Positions 37,371 to 50,340 of a DNA stretch of 64,000 nucleotides are shown piece after piece. The stretch's first letter is position 1, and each line of letters opens with the position of its first letter. The DNA is from Octopus bimaculoides (taxonomy: Eukaryota). The position numbers and the translations under genes were made by a program. Below the pieces are notes generated by a model. That model saw nothing but the letters and a program-made list of their open reading frames with translations, did not search any database and was not told where the DNA came from. The DNA lies in the NCBI RefSeq assembly GCF_001194135.2, contig NC_068982.1:22496620-22560619 (forward strand), given 5' to 3'.

Positions 37371-39379
37371 GTTTTTGTCCACTTATCTCAGTGTGTTGCT
37401 ATTCATCGGAATCTCACAGTTGTGTTAGTGTTCAAACCCTGTCTACCTCATCTTCAGGATTAATGGAAATGTTGCTTGCTCCGTTCATCATAATTCCATC
37501 TCAGCCTGTATGTAATGTAGAATATATTTTTTTTTTAAAATATATTTTTTAAAATTCATCTCCAGTTATTTCTTTTAGTCTTTTGAAGCACATTCATTTT
37601 GCTAGACACACAGACACACACACACACACACACACACGCAGATATTATTCGTTATAGTTATGCTCAGTTATTGCTTATTTTTCATGATATGAAAGTTATT
37701 CTATTTTGTTAATCACCACTTTGGTGTGATGAATTATTGCACGTAATTGTGTTGTACGCTTCCTGTATGAAAATTTTCTTACTTTATTTGCAGTTTATTC
37801 TTAAAGCAACTCTTAAAACATAAAAATGTTTTTAGACTATCTATTAGTTGCTTATTTTATTAAAAAGTACATCCTTTTCCTTGAGCTGCAATTGTTAGTT
37901 AGCAATGTATTTGGATTAAAGTACATCAAATTTTGCTGAATAGAGGAAAAGTAGCTGAAAAGAGTTATAGATCTTTTATGATTTTCTTTTATATAGTTTG
38001 TCATAGGCTTTGTGTGTGTGATATTTTAACTGCCCTTGTGTTTTGAACTAACTTATATTAATAAAGTAATTATTTTGGTCTTTAATGAGAAGAATTAGTC
38101 AAGATGATTAACAGAATTTTCACATTGTTTTTATATCAACTAGTTAGTATATGTATTTATATATTTTTTTTTACATAGGTTTTACAAAATCAATGCTACA
38201 ATTATGGTATTCTTAAATATCTTGTGTCAGTATCCCAGTGTCTGTAGTAATGGTGGGTGTGTCTTTCTGCTTCCTTTTTCTCCTAGCAGTTTTATTGGAA
38301 CTTACAAGCCTCTCCTGCAGCAATCTTTTCAGCTTCCTTTCCAATTCTTTCAAATCTCCCAAATACATTTAAAATAGAACAAGCTTTTGTATTTTCTCTA
38401 ATTTGTTGTCTTAATATTGTTTGTGAGACTCTTTAGTGGCAACATAATAGCAACAAGCTTACATGTCTACTTTTGACTTTTTTTTAGAAAAAATGTTATC
38501 ATCCTTGAGCTTCTAATTTAAAGGTTTGAAAGGAAAGTTCTTTCACTTTTAAATGAAGTTGATTCAAATCCTGGTATATATATTCATGCTGTGTATATTT
38601 AGATTTTTCATTAGCTGTTTTTTTAAATTAGATTTCTTTTTGGCCCCCTTTTTTTGTATGCTTAAGGGAAGTTTTATGAAATGTCTTAGCTTTACTGAAT
38701 GCCTTAATAAGCAGTCTTCCCTGTTACAATTCATTTTCTTTTAATCACTGAAGAGTAATTTTCTCTTGATGAATACAGCGAGTGCGTAATGTATATAATT
38801 CGGAATTCTATTTTTAGTTACTGATCTAAATATTTATAGCAGTTTTTTCTCTCTCTCTTGTGCTGCATTAGTGTAGAATAATGTATTATTATAAGGTTTA
38901 GTTACTTTTAAGAAATGATTTCTTGATATAGAATCACTTTTTTTTAAAATTATAAATCTTATATTTACATAACATCTTGTTTCACTATTTTACTTGTCTG
39001 TGGACATTCATTCCACATTTTCCCCTTCTAATTTCTCTCTTTTATCTTTGTTATTGTGTCATTCATACTCCATCGCATGTTTCTCTTTAACAAGAACTCC
39101 ATTAAACAATTTGAAAAGTTGAAAATTCCATGTATATTCCCATTCAAAATAAAAGTTTTGAGTTGTGCCTTAACAATTCGGTTAATTTGCTGGGGTGAGG
39201 GGAGTATTGCTATAGAAATAATTCCTTTGATTTCTTTGAATTGAACAAATATTATTCTGGTGTAATGATGAGAATTCTCTTGAAAATTAAGTTAATTTAT
39301 TTAAAATTAGTTAATGTACCTTTTAAAAATTTGTTTGTATTTTGGGAAAATACTATTTCTTTTTTCTTTTTCTTTACAG

Positions 39380-39437
39380 GAGATGAAGGTGAACTGGGCT
39401 ACGTCTCCTAGTAATCAGCCAAAACAAGACACAAGCA
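39380..39437 (+). CDS. TIAL1: TIA-1/TIAR coding exon EMKVNWATSPSNQPKQDTS; ends in phase 1
   Basis: 58 nt; acceptor tttttctttttctttacag, donor GCA|gtaagt. Matches the E.KVNWAT..S..K.DTS end of RRM1 and the linker. Confidence 0.95.
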
Positions 39438-42400
39438 GTAAGTATTAGACATATATTAGCAGGTATTCAGATTTTGAAGACCTGGTTTAAATTTTATTTG
39501 AAATAGGGAATAAGAATCATAGATTGTAGTACCTCTGGAACTATTACAATATATTGTTCATTTGTACCACATTTTGCTTGTTTTGTTTGAAGTTGTAGGC
39601 TACTTTCTTTAGCTGGTATTTTCTATCCTAGGGGTTGTTTGCTGTTGCTATCATTAGTGATAAATTGAATTAGTGATCAAATGCGTGGTAATTGCCACCC
39701 TGTCTATTTGATATTTTCCAAACTGTATTTTTCTTCATCCATTTGTAAAGCAAAATGGAGAAAGACTTGTAATTTATGTAGCAGTTTACATTTTTTGGGG
39801 CTTAAAATAAAAATTCATATCTGTATAATAACCATTTTTGTCATTGGCATTATTAGTTTTGACATCAGATCGCTTCTCTGTCTTTCACTTGATATATATA
39901 TATAAAGTGGGTCATTTATCAAAGTATTTCGATACTATATATAATTTGTGTGGTATCGTGTATTATATTTGGCTTTTAGTTTTTACCCCTCCTTTTAAAA
40001 ACTTTCTATAGTGTGCTTATAGGTATTTGGAGATTTTTATATTCCTCTAAAACTATGTATTAGACATCTGTAGGTGTATTAAATTTTGCATTCTTTATAC
40101 CTTGTTTGCAACAGGCATCGTTTTACTTTTGCATGTCTGCTTGCATACAAACACACTTTTTGTTTCAAATTTCTGAAATTTGATCTTAATTTGTGTATTT
40201 AGAACTCTTGGTCAGTCTCTCAAGTAATTTATACCACCAAGAAATCTGCATCCCGTGACCAGAGATAACAAGTACAAAATGCATGTCATAAAAAGACCTG
40301 GAGATGTAGTCTTGAATGTGTGTGTTTACAAGGAATATTTGTAGTACTTTAGTGATCAATACATGAGTAAGTTATTTATAGAATGATTCCCTCTCGAAAT
40401 ATATCTTCAGCTAAAATTGGAACTGATTTTTTTTTTTTTTTTTTTNNNNNNNNNNNNNNNNNNNNNNNNNNNNNNNNNNNNNNNNNNNNNNNNNNNNNNN
40501 NNNNNNNNNNNNNNNNNNNNNNNNNNNNNNNNNNNNNNNNNNNNNNNNNNNNNNNNNNNNNNNNNNNNNNNNNNNNNNNNNNNNNNNNNNNNNNNNNNNN
40601 NNNNNNNNNNNNNNNNNNNNNNNNNNNNNNNNNNNNNNNNNNNNNNNNNNNNNNNNNNNNNNNNNNNNNNNNNNNNNNNNNNNNNNNNNNNNNNNNNNNN
40701 NNNNNNNNNNNNNNNNNNNNNNNNNNNNNNNNNNNNNNNNNNNNNNNNNNNNNNNNNNNNNNNNNNNNNNNNNNNNNNNNNNNNNNNNNNNNNNNNNNNN
40801 NNNNNNNNNNNNNNNNNNNNNNNNNNNNNNNNNNNNNNNNNNNNNNNNNNNNNNNNNNNNNNNNNNNNNNNNNNNNNNNNNNNNNNNNNNNNNNNNNNNN
40901 NNNNNNNTGTACTGTTCCTTCTCTCCATATTCTGATTCAGAGATTTCAGGTGGCTATTGAGTTGTTGTGGCTGCACTCTTCCTCTAATGCAACTGTCTTG
41001 ACAAGGAAACTACTGTTTTTCTTCACTGCCAAATTTAGGTTTGTAGCTGGAAAAAAAAAAAAGAATAAGAAAACGCAAAAGAAAAAAAGAACAAAAAAAA
41101 CAACCAGCTGGTTTTTGTTTTTCGAGAGAAGCAGTCACATTTGTTTTGAAGTAAATTGATTGGAAATGAGGAAGAAATAGGCAAAGATGAAGAAACTACT
41201 CTTCGCAGCTGTCTGGAAAAAGACTGTGTGCTTATTTTTCGACTCCCTCCCCACTTTCCAGTTGTGGTTTGTTTTGATACAAAGTATGATCAGAATCTTT
41301 TTCTTAATTTTGCATTCTACTTGTCAACCACCAAAATATTTCATTTGCCTTAAATAGAGGGAAAAAAAATGTTAAGCTTTGAGAAGAAATCTTGACTGCT
41401 ATTTAATGCATTGTAACTTTTGAGTGCACTGGTTTACAAGATGCTAAGCAGTTTTTGGTCAAGATTATTTTCAACGCTATGTTGGTAGGTGTTAGTAATC
41501 TTACCTTTTCCTTTTCTTTTTTTACACCTGTTACCTGTTTTATCAGTAATCCGATAATGTAGTCTAATTGTCCTTCTATTTGTTTTTCACTTGTGTGTAG
41601 ATGTTACCTTCCATATTACTAGAAATATGTAGAACCATCTCATAGCCTCGTTACATCACCTTGCACTAACCTAATAGTCTTTTTTGTATGTGTATGTATT
41701 TGCATACAAACATTTGGAATGTAGGTAGGTTAACATTGTTTTGTGTTTTATTTATTAATAATTACATAATAATTGTCACAATAAACACGTAATTTTACCG
41801 TTAAAACTAAATGGCTGTGTTTGTTAACCTTGTGTTGCAAGTTCGATTTGCTAGTTAACACTTTTTTTTTTTTTGTTGGGGATTAGTTGTTGCTCTCCCT
41901 ATGTGCTTAAATGCCACCTTTGTAATTTATAGGTTTCATCCTTGAAATTATATCCAAATGTTAATAAAATTTAGCATGCATCATCGTTGGTTGTAGTTTG
42001 TATTTAAAATATTTAAGTTTAGTGTCTCAGCTAAATTTGGTTTGTAGTTTTGTTTAATGTAGCTCAGTATTATAATATATATATATATAGAAAGAAAGCA
42101 TGTTCAGGTTCTGTAACTTTCAAAAGGTTTTTCTCACTTGTAGTCAGTATAGTTTTGGATGGTTGAATAGTTTTACCATTGAGTTTAATAAATGGTATGG
42201 TGTGAAGCTTTAAAACAATATATGTGAAATAATGGTAAGCCAAAATTAATAAATTAATGTATTGTTGGTCATAAATCGTCTGGACCCTGAATGGAATATC
42301 ATTTACCAAGTAGTTGAAATTCTAGGAAAGATATTATAAATACTATCAACTTATACTGAATATAATACTGTAGTTAAACTAGTGACTGAGGCATGACATT

Positions 42401-43099
42401 TCTATCTACATGGCTTTTGTATTGGTGTTTCTAACTGCAGCTCAAAGCCTTTTCCATTTCCTTTTTTTTTTTGTCTTCATCTTGGTGTTGTAATGTATAA
42501 AATTCTCCAAAGTTACTTGACTGAGCAAATTTTCACAAAATCTCTGTTCCATCTTGAATAATCTAGCTTAGAAAATTTGAGTGTTTAAGCATAGCTGGTA
42601 TTACTAAGGTTGTAAGTTTCACAATTTGTTTTTCATATTGGCAGATTAAATCTAGTTTTACTGTCTAAATTTATCTTCCAGTTTTTTTTTCTGTATTCGA
42701 AGAAAGGCTGTTTAATCAGATGATTATATAACTGGGGGGGCTCATTAAATCTCACATTTTTTGAAAATGTGGCTTTAGAAATAACTTAGTGATACTAGAT
42801 GCAATTCAGATTTTAAAATGCTGCAATTTTTCTTAATGAACAGAATATCAATCAAGAGGGTAAACTCTCCAAAAAATTCTAGTTCAAAGGTTTGAAAGCT
42901 GGTCTGGATTGAATGCTCATTGTTTTAAATCTACTTTTATCATGCTATCATCAGTTAGATGAGACTCCTTGATGATGTATTTCTATAGTTGTATACTCTT
43001 ACTGATGCCAACCCTTAGTTGCTTTTGAGTTAAATACTTTATGCGAAAGACACACATGAAAACATACTCATGTTCACACACACACACTTAGATGCACAC

Positions 43100-43241
43100 A
43101 ATGGTTTTCTGTTCTGTTTCTATCTAGTTTCACTTGACAAGGCACTCTGAAGTGTGTCGTAGAAGACAATTGCTCAAAGTCAGATTGAATTTGAATCTGT
43201 GTGGCTGTGGAGTGTTCTCCTTGATCACACTGCCATGCCTA
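43100..43241 (-). mobile_element. Degenerate SINE family A head
   Basis: gtagaagacaattgctcaaag...tcacactgccatgcctat resembles the family A head in reverse. Confidence 0.5.
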
Positions 43242-44802
43242 TCCCTGGCTCAATTTCGAAAGGATAGATTCAATTGTTTAAATTTAAATATTTTTAATTA
43301 ACACACTTTATTTACAGTTTCTAGTTTCTTCTTACATATCTGTATTCGTGGTAAATTGCTTCATGATGAGAATGTTTAGGTTTCGATGTATTTTGTGTGT
43401 ATGGAGTAGCACTTTCCAAATATATTTCTCATAGCAAGGACACCTTGGACAAGGTAATTCTGGACACATAATTTGAAAACAAGATGGATTAGTCTTAACT
43501 GGAACACTTTGATCATAGATCTGTTTCATCTGGGCAGGTTTAGGGATTAGATTACACTAAATTGATGGCAGGAAATTAACTGCCTATACCTACTTGTCGA
43601 TAAACCAGAGGTAATATGAACTGCAGGTACATTTATAGTTTATATGCATTTTCAATGGTTTTCTCCATATGATATATGTATATGTTGACCTGAAACTAAA
43701 TAATAGTAATAATGAATGATGCTCAACATGGTTGCTCAGCCAGCGAAGAATAGTAGCAGCCAACTCTCACTCTTTCATTTATTTGATTAGGGTAGGCTGA
43801 TCTAGTTCTAAACGACATCAGCAAAGGACCTATTTGCTGACGCAGTTGTGGGATGCGCTGTTCTTGGGTGTGTGGAACGGATGTTCGCAAAATGATTGCT
43901 TTTGATTGTCACTCTGATCTGTCAGGGCTAATGAATCTCTATTGAAGGTGTAAGCTAAAGCAGCTGTCATTATTTTTATGTTTTTAACTTTGGAATTTGT
44001 TGATTTCAGACTATTATAATTATGATCCTACGTTTAACATGAGAATTGAGTTCTGCGATAGTGTAGGTTTAATAATATCAGATGCCTTGCTCTAAGCAGA
44101 ATCTACAAAAACTACTTAAGTGTCAGAAGCTCGGTCTTCTCGATGGTACCTAAAGCTACTGCATTGTTGGAAACCCATTCAGGGTCACAAGCGTATTGCT
44201 CCTTAACCTGAATGCTTCATCTGAGTGCGGCAATAAGAACTAAATTAGCCTTCACTTGCAGAAGTGTTCCAGCTACAGTCTTTTGCCCATCAAAGCTGGT
44301 GTCTTGAGTTGCGATGAGCCAGGAAAGACACTGGAATTATTACTACTGCTACATAAATTTAATTTTTAATTATATTATTATTATTAATAATAATAATAAT
44401 AATAATTGTTGTTATGGTCAGATGCAGTTCTGGGCTGCCTTGGGTGATCTGCTTCAGTTTTATTCATGTTTTCAATGTTTCACATCAAATGACTCCAGCG
44501 AATGTTGAGGCCAAGTTATAAATTCAAAATTGTACAAATCTTGAGGAATATTAATTGTTCAAGCATAACTGTAAGTTTCCTTTGCTACATGTTGGGGACA
44601 ATCCATTAGTACTGGATTGGTCAGTGATGCACAAGTGGAATTTGTTAGATAGGAATTATACTGAAGTGTGTGTGTGTGTGTATATATAAACATATCAATG
44701 ACAAAATTCATGAACACTTGCTTTTAAGCAGAAATAACTTGTATTTATTGGGTTGCACGGATGCCCTCTTGTTACTCTCATCATTATAAATGTTGGGAAC
44801 CA

Positions 44803-45006
44803 GCACAGCAAGCTGGCAGAATCATTAGCACATCTGACCAAATGCTTAGCAAGATTTCTGGCTCTTTACATTCCGAGTCTAAATTCTGCTGTGGTTGACT
44901 TCACCTTTTTATCGTATCAGTTAAATAAGTACCGGCGGAGCACTTTGATCAATGTAATGACTTAGTACTCTCTGTGAATTGCTGGCCTTGTTCCAGAATT
45001 AGAAAT
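44803..45006 (+). mobile_element. SINE family B copy
   Basis: Colinear with 599-809 (agctggcagaatcattagcac...aattgctggccttgttccagaattagaaa). Confidence 0.7.
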
Positions 45007-48000
45007 ATCGTTATGACCATCATCATGATTATTATCAATACTAATTGTGGAATTATCGAATTGTTACAGTACGTACATGTGGGAGTTCAACTTCAGCTGA
45101 AGTCAGTTTTGCCTTTTGTCCTTCCTGGTCAATGAAATACAAGTACTGGGGCTGGTATAATTGACTAGTCACTCCCTCTCTCAAGTTCAATCCTTCGCAG
45201 CTACGTTAGAAGCAATTACTTCTGCTTTCATCACAAACCAGTACCGAATGGAGAAAGAATTTCAACTGCGTATTAAAATAAGAGAAACTGAGCTAAAATA
45301 TTTATTCAAGTATCTTGGCTTTTACTTTTCTGCTGTGGATACCTGAAAGGCTTTATGGTGTGTTTTGGGTAGAATATATTGAAATTCATGGTTTATATTG
45401 TTAGAAATCTAGATCAGACACGACATAAAGTAGTGTAGGTTAAAACGATGCACAAATTAGGTTCTGTGGATCAAATTATAATTTGTCTCTGATTCTTAAT
45501 CCCCATCTCTTCTTTCCACCCTCCTATAAATTATTTCAATTTACAATAAAATTACACCTTTAGTTACTTTCGTTTTTGAAAACGCTCTTGTATGTAATGC
45601 TGTTAATGTGAGTGGATCATGTCTGTCTATTAAGATTACGTAATGCTGTGCAAAGAATTAAAAGTCCTCAAGGTAGATTTCATAGGAACAATATTTTATT
45701 GGAAGTAACTTAAAATAGTTGTTCATACTATTAGTCTTTTTAACTTAACACTAGAAAATTAGAAATATGTCTTAAAATTCTTAAATATCTTGCTTATGTG
45801 TTTGAAGATGAGAATAAAAGGTTGTTTGTTTTTGAATGCGCTATCAATTTTATTAAGCAAATAAATAATCTTCATCTTCCATTTCGGTTTGTATGAATTT
45901 TCAGTTTTGTTTGTTTTTAATCAACATAGTTTAATTTTTGACCATTTTTTTTCCTTTTGCGTAATACATTAACTTTGATGTAAATTTCCTTAAAATTTAA
46001 AAATTATTTATTATTAGCATAAGTAGATATAATGATCGAAACATGTTACAAGTTATGAACTTGGATAGTTGTTCCTGTGACTTGCTTAGTTATTTGGGTG
46101 CAAACGGACTTGAGTTTTATGTATGTTATTTGCAAATTAATGAAGGTGTCATGTATATTATCAGTTAGTTTCATAACAATATCAAGTAAGACCTTACTAC
46201 AAAAGTAACATTGAGGTACAACTCCGCCCATTTATCAGTAACACACTTTGAAACTAACATCAAAGGTTTTTCTCATATATATATATATATACAGCTGTCG
46301 ACTATAACGAAAAGCTTCAGTAGAACTATAAACAGTAAAAAAAGAAACAATTTTCTCTATTCACATTGACGCTTTTTCTTTTGTATGTCGATAATAAAGA
46401 AAATGGTCTCTGCATATAATTAAATTGTTTACATTTGCTGTCATGAATCCTAATCTTATTAAACTAGGTTATTACTAAAAGTAACTTCAGAAGACCATTT
46501 TAAATTTTATAATCTCGTTCTCAATTTAAGTGATGTATTTATCATAAATTCACCTCCTTTTCAGTAAATGCGTTTCACTTAACCAACTGCTCATATTGGA
46601 ATTATATATAGTGAATCTTTTTCAAGTTAGGTGTGATGTTACATCAAAGCCGAGCAACTATCAGTGATTAATCCTAGAATTTGTGAATTACTGCTTGGCT
46701 AGAAGTTGTAAGCTCTTGGGTGCAACTTTAGTGTCATATCATGCGTTAAAATTGTAGCATTCATATACAGAGTAATTTTTCCACATGAAAGTGTTGCATT
46801 AGTTGTTAGATCAAAGATGTTACAGCCCTTACTATTTTAAGAGCTAAAGCTTCGTTGATAAAAGGAATATAATATGAAATAGTGAAGCTAAAAATCACTT
46901 GTACTCTCTCTTTATTCTCTTTCTCCATGTGTAAATTACATATGCATTACTTTTATAGGTTTGTCAAAACAAATTGTACCAATTAACCAATTAAACACCT
47001 AAGTAATAAAATTGGCTAGTCTTGTAAAATTCTTATTTGCAATGAGACCCAGGCTCAAAATCATAAGTTTATGATGTTACATACTCTGCTATTTGTAATT
47101 TAGACCAATAATATATTGATGTTAATTTATAGCAGAATCAATAGCTATGTCACTTTGTTTTCTGGAAGGATGAAAGCCAAAGATGACCTCAGCATGATTT
47201 GAACTCTTTATATTCTGAGGTCAACTTTGCTTTTCATTTTTCTGGGGTTGATAAAATAAATATTAATGACTTATAGGGATGCAGCATTTCGTTATGCAAC
47301 CATGATGTACTATAAAGTATATTAAACATTTTTATAAGCCAATACCGTGTTCTGTGTTAGCAGTGTGCTTTACACCACTTGTTAAGGCTATAATTTCTGT
47401 AGAATATCTAGAGATAATCTTAACAATAAAAAAAGTACCCTGCAGTAGAAGGTATTGACTTGACCCATCTCTTAGAACTGTTGGCCTGGTGCCCAAATAT
47501 TGAACTATTTTTATGAAAAGGCTGTAGAAAGAATATAGTATAAAATGAACCTCTTTTGTCAGTTAAAAGGTCTGAAGTACATAAGTTGTAAATGAAATAA
47601 ATTGAGCGCCTAAAGCAACTTAACAAATGATTGGTTCAGAAGAAAACCGACTCAATTAGATACATAACTATTTTTTCTCATGACAGATTACAATAAAAGA
47701 AAAAGATGATATCGTAAGTTTCTTCCTACGAAGAATTTAGAATAAAGGTTAGGTAAGAGTAAAGTCCTAAATTTTGTAACATTTTCCTTAAAAACAATTA
47801 CATTTACCATACGTTACAAACGTAATTGTTTGTCTTCGTAGAAACCTAAATACTTGATTGTCTCTGAAACAGTTGAATTAATATCTGGAATCTGATTATA
47901 TATAACGCATATTTCATTTTAACATTCAGTTGGAATGAACACATTTTTGCTGATTCCCACTTCAATAATCATTCATGATTCTGGTTCAACAGCTCGGATT

Positions 48001-48008
48001 AGGACTTT

Positions 48009-48144
48009 ATCATCATCTAATGTCCGTTGTCCATGCTGGTATAGGTTGGATGTTTTGACCAGAGCTGGTAAGCTGGATGGCTTACCAAACTCCAGTCTGA
48101 TTTGGCATGGTTTTCTATGGTTGGATGCCCTTCCTAACGTCAAG
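48009..48144 (-). mobile_element. Family D fragment
   Basis: tcatcatctaatgtccgttgtccatgctgg...ggatgcccttcctaacg. Confidence 0.7.
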
Positions 48145-49604
48145 TTATACAATTGCCCCTCAAAAAATTTTTAATTCCTTTGAAATTATGGTATTGGAAA
48201 TATTTGGATGTGAAAGAAATGTTTACATGATTTCAAATGCTTTTCAACTTTGCATATGTAATAAGAAGCACTTATATCTAACTAAAAATAGTTTCCATAC
48301 AAAAATTCCTCTGTAAAATGTTTTATGCATAGCTTTATTGAACTTTTAAGTTCTTTTTAAGTTGCAGTTTCTAGTTTTCAGTACTAAATAGAGCAAAAAA
48401 AAAAAAAAAATTATATACCCAAGAAAAATTAATTTACACAAGTTTTATGGTCTTGAAGAAAAACACTTCACAATTGACATTGGAAAACCTTGTAACAAAG
48501 TTTGTAGTACCAAATTGAGCCAAAACCCGAATTTAATTTCTGTTGGTTTATATTCAAATTTTCCTCATGAAATGTTGTTTCTGCTGGTACTGACAGTAAT
48601 CTTAATTACCCACTTTATTAATTATCTGCCATATTCACCACTTATATTTTAATTTAAATAGTGTTCATGTTTTGTTTGTTTGTTTTGTGTGTGTGTGATG
48701 ATGCCATTGTTAAAACTTCAAAATGTTGCTTAAAATGTTTTTGCTAATGCCTGCATGGGAACTTCACTTTAAGCTCCAATGAGGATGTAATTTTCTGAGT
48801 CGTGTTCTCTGAAAACGTCCTTCTTATCAGTGTTAAAACTAAGACAAGCGATTTCATTAAGAGGTGAAAAATACTTCATTTCAGAACATTTCTCTGCTTA
48901 GCCTAAAAATCCTTTTCTTTACTATTCCAATACTAAGAAGTATTATTAGAAGAACTATCCTCGGTCCATACCACAGTATCTCATAACAATAGTTTTTTTT
49001 TTTTCAGGACATATTTATGGATATTTATGAATAATAATGTCATCAGTTGCAGGTTTCCAATGGTTCATTGTACATTTTCTTGTTGCTGCTCTTCTCCTTT
49101 GTCAGTCTACATTTACCAAACATAAGATATACACAGATGTACACATGGGATTCTACACATGATCTCTTGATCATATTTATTCCCGAGTTATTAGGTCAGT
49201 TGCTAGCTATTGGAGAAGACACTTCCTCAGAGATGCATTACATTTGGATTGGACATAAAACCACTTGCTTCTGAAGCGAACTACATAACCACTAGCTTGT
49301 GCTTTTTATCAGACTCATTTTCTCTCTTGAAATGGCTCTTTATTCTGAGAACTACCATACAGTGGATATCTTCTGCTGTGCTAATTGAAAACACCATTCT
49401 GATTCAACTAATTGGATTTGAACAATTGTTTTGGATACAATTTAAGCTTTGTGTTATTCGTAGTGGCTGAAATCTGCCCTAATTCACATGTAAAGTGTGT
49501 GTGTGTGTATTTATATACATATGTATTTGTATTTATAGATATGCAAATATATATATATATATATATATGCACATACACACACAAAGTTTGTTCATAAATA
49601 TGTC

Positions 49605-49757
49605 GTGACTGTGTGGTTTAGAATCTTGCTTCTAAACTATGTGGTCTCACATTCAGTCCTACTGCAGGACACCTTGGGCAAGTGTCTTCTATTGCTCCTG
49701 GTTGACCAAAACCTGAGTGGATTTGGTTAGCAAAAACTGAAAGTAGGCTTGTGCACA
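49605..49757 (+). mobile_element. SINE family A, 5' half
   Basis: gtgactgtgtggttt...caccttgggcaagtgtcttctat...gagtggatttgg matches 3420-3570. Confidence 0.75.
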
Positions 49758-50000
49758 CTTTTGCCGAGATGTCACATGACATTCGTAAATGGGAAACCTC
49801 TCTGACCATGGGACATCATGGTATAGCGAATGTTAGATCTACATTTATATATATATATATGTATATTTATATCCATATGTATATTTATATCCATATGTAT
49901 ATTCATTTCTGCATGTATATTAGAAAATTTTTACAGTTCTATATTTAAGAGATCAGAAATTAACATTTGATGGATATTTGTCCTCATCTTGTTTGTTGTT

Positions 50001-50046
50001 AACACAATGTTTCAGCTGATATTCCCTCCAGCCTTCATCAGGTGTC
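50001..50046 (-). ncRNA. Minimal type I hammerhead ribozyme motif with intact catalytic core
   Basis: Minus strand reads GACAC-CUGAUGA-A-GGCUG[loop]CAGCU-GAAAC-AUU-GUGUU. Stem I and stem II can pair; the stem III palindrome ACGU has decayed to ACAU. Confidence 0.65.
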
Positions 50047-50295
50047 TTAGAGAAATTTCAAACCTGGGTTCTCAATTCTTAAGATATTTTTCGATGTTGT
50101 TGTTATTATGCAGGTCACTATCTGGAATCGAACTCAGAATCTTGGGGTCAGTAGCCCATGCGCTTAACCACTACGCCATATGCCAGCAGGCTGCTGACCC
50201 CAAGATTCCGAGTTCGATTCCAGGCAGTGACTTGAATAATAATAATATCGGAAAATACCTTAGGAATGAGAACCCAGGTTCAAAAGTTCCCCAAC

Positions 50296-50340
50296 ACACC
50301 TGATGATGGCTGGAGGGTATATCAGCCAAAACGTTGTGTT
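50296..50340 (+). ncRNA. Minimal type I hammerhead ribozyme motif with a G12-to-A substitution (probably inactive)
   Basis: ACAC-CUGAUGA-U-GGCUG[loop]CAGCC-AAAAC-GUU-GUGUU. The ACGU palindrome is intact, but GAAA has become AAAA at 50328. Confidence 0.6.

Noticed and set aside
43818-43840. 8-bp hairpin tcagcaaa/tttgctga
   Set aside because: Too short to exceed chance in 64 kb.
50113-50184. tRNA-like sequence on the minus strand
   Set aside because: It has A and B boxes, but the 3' side cannot pair with the 5' GGCAUAU to form an acceptor stem, and it runs into a repeat body. Treated as a SINE head, not a tRNA gene.
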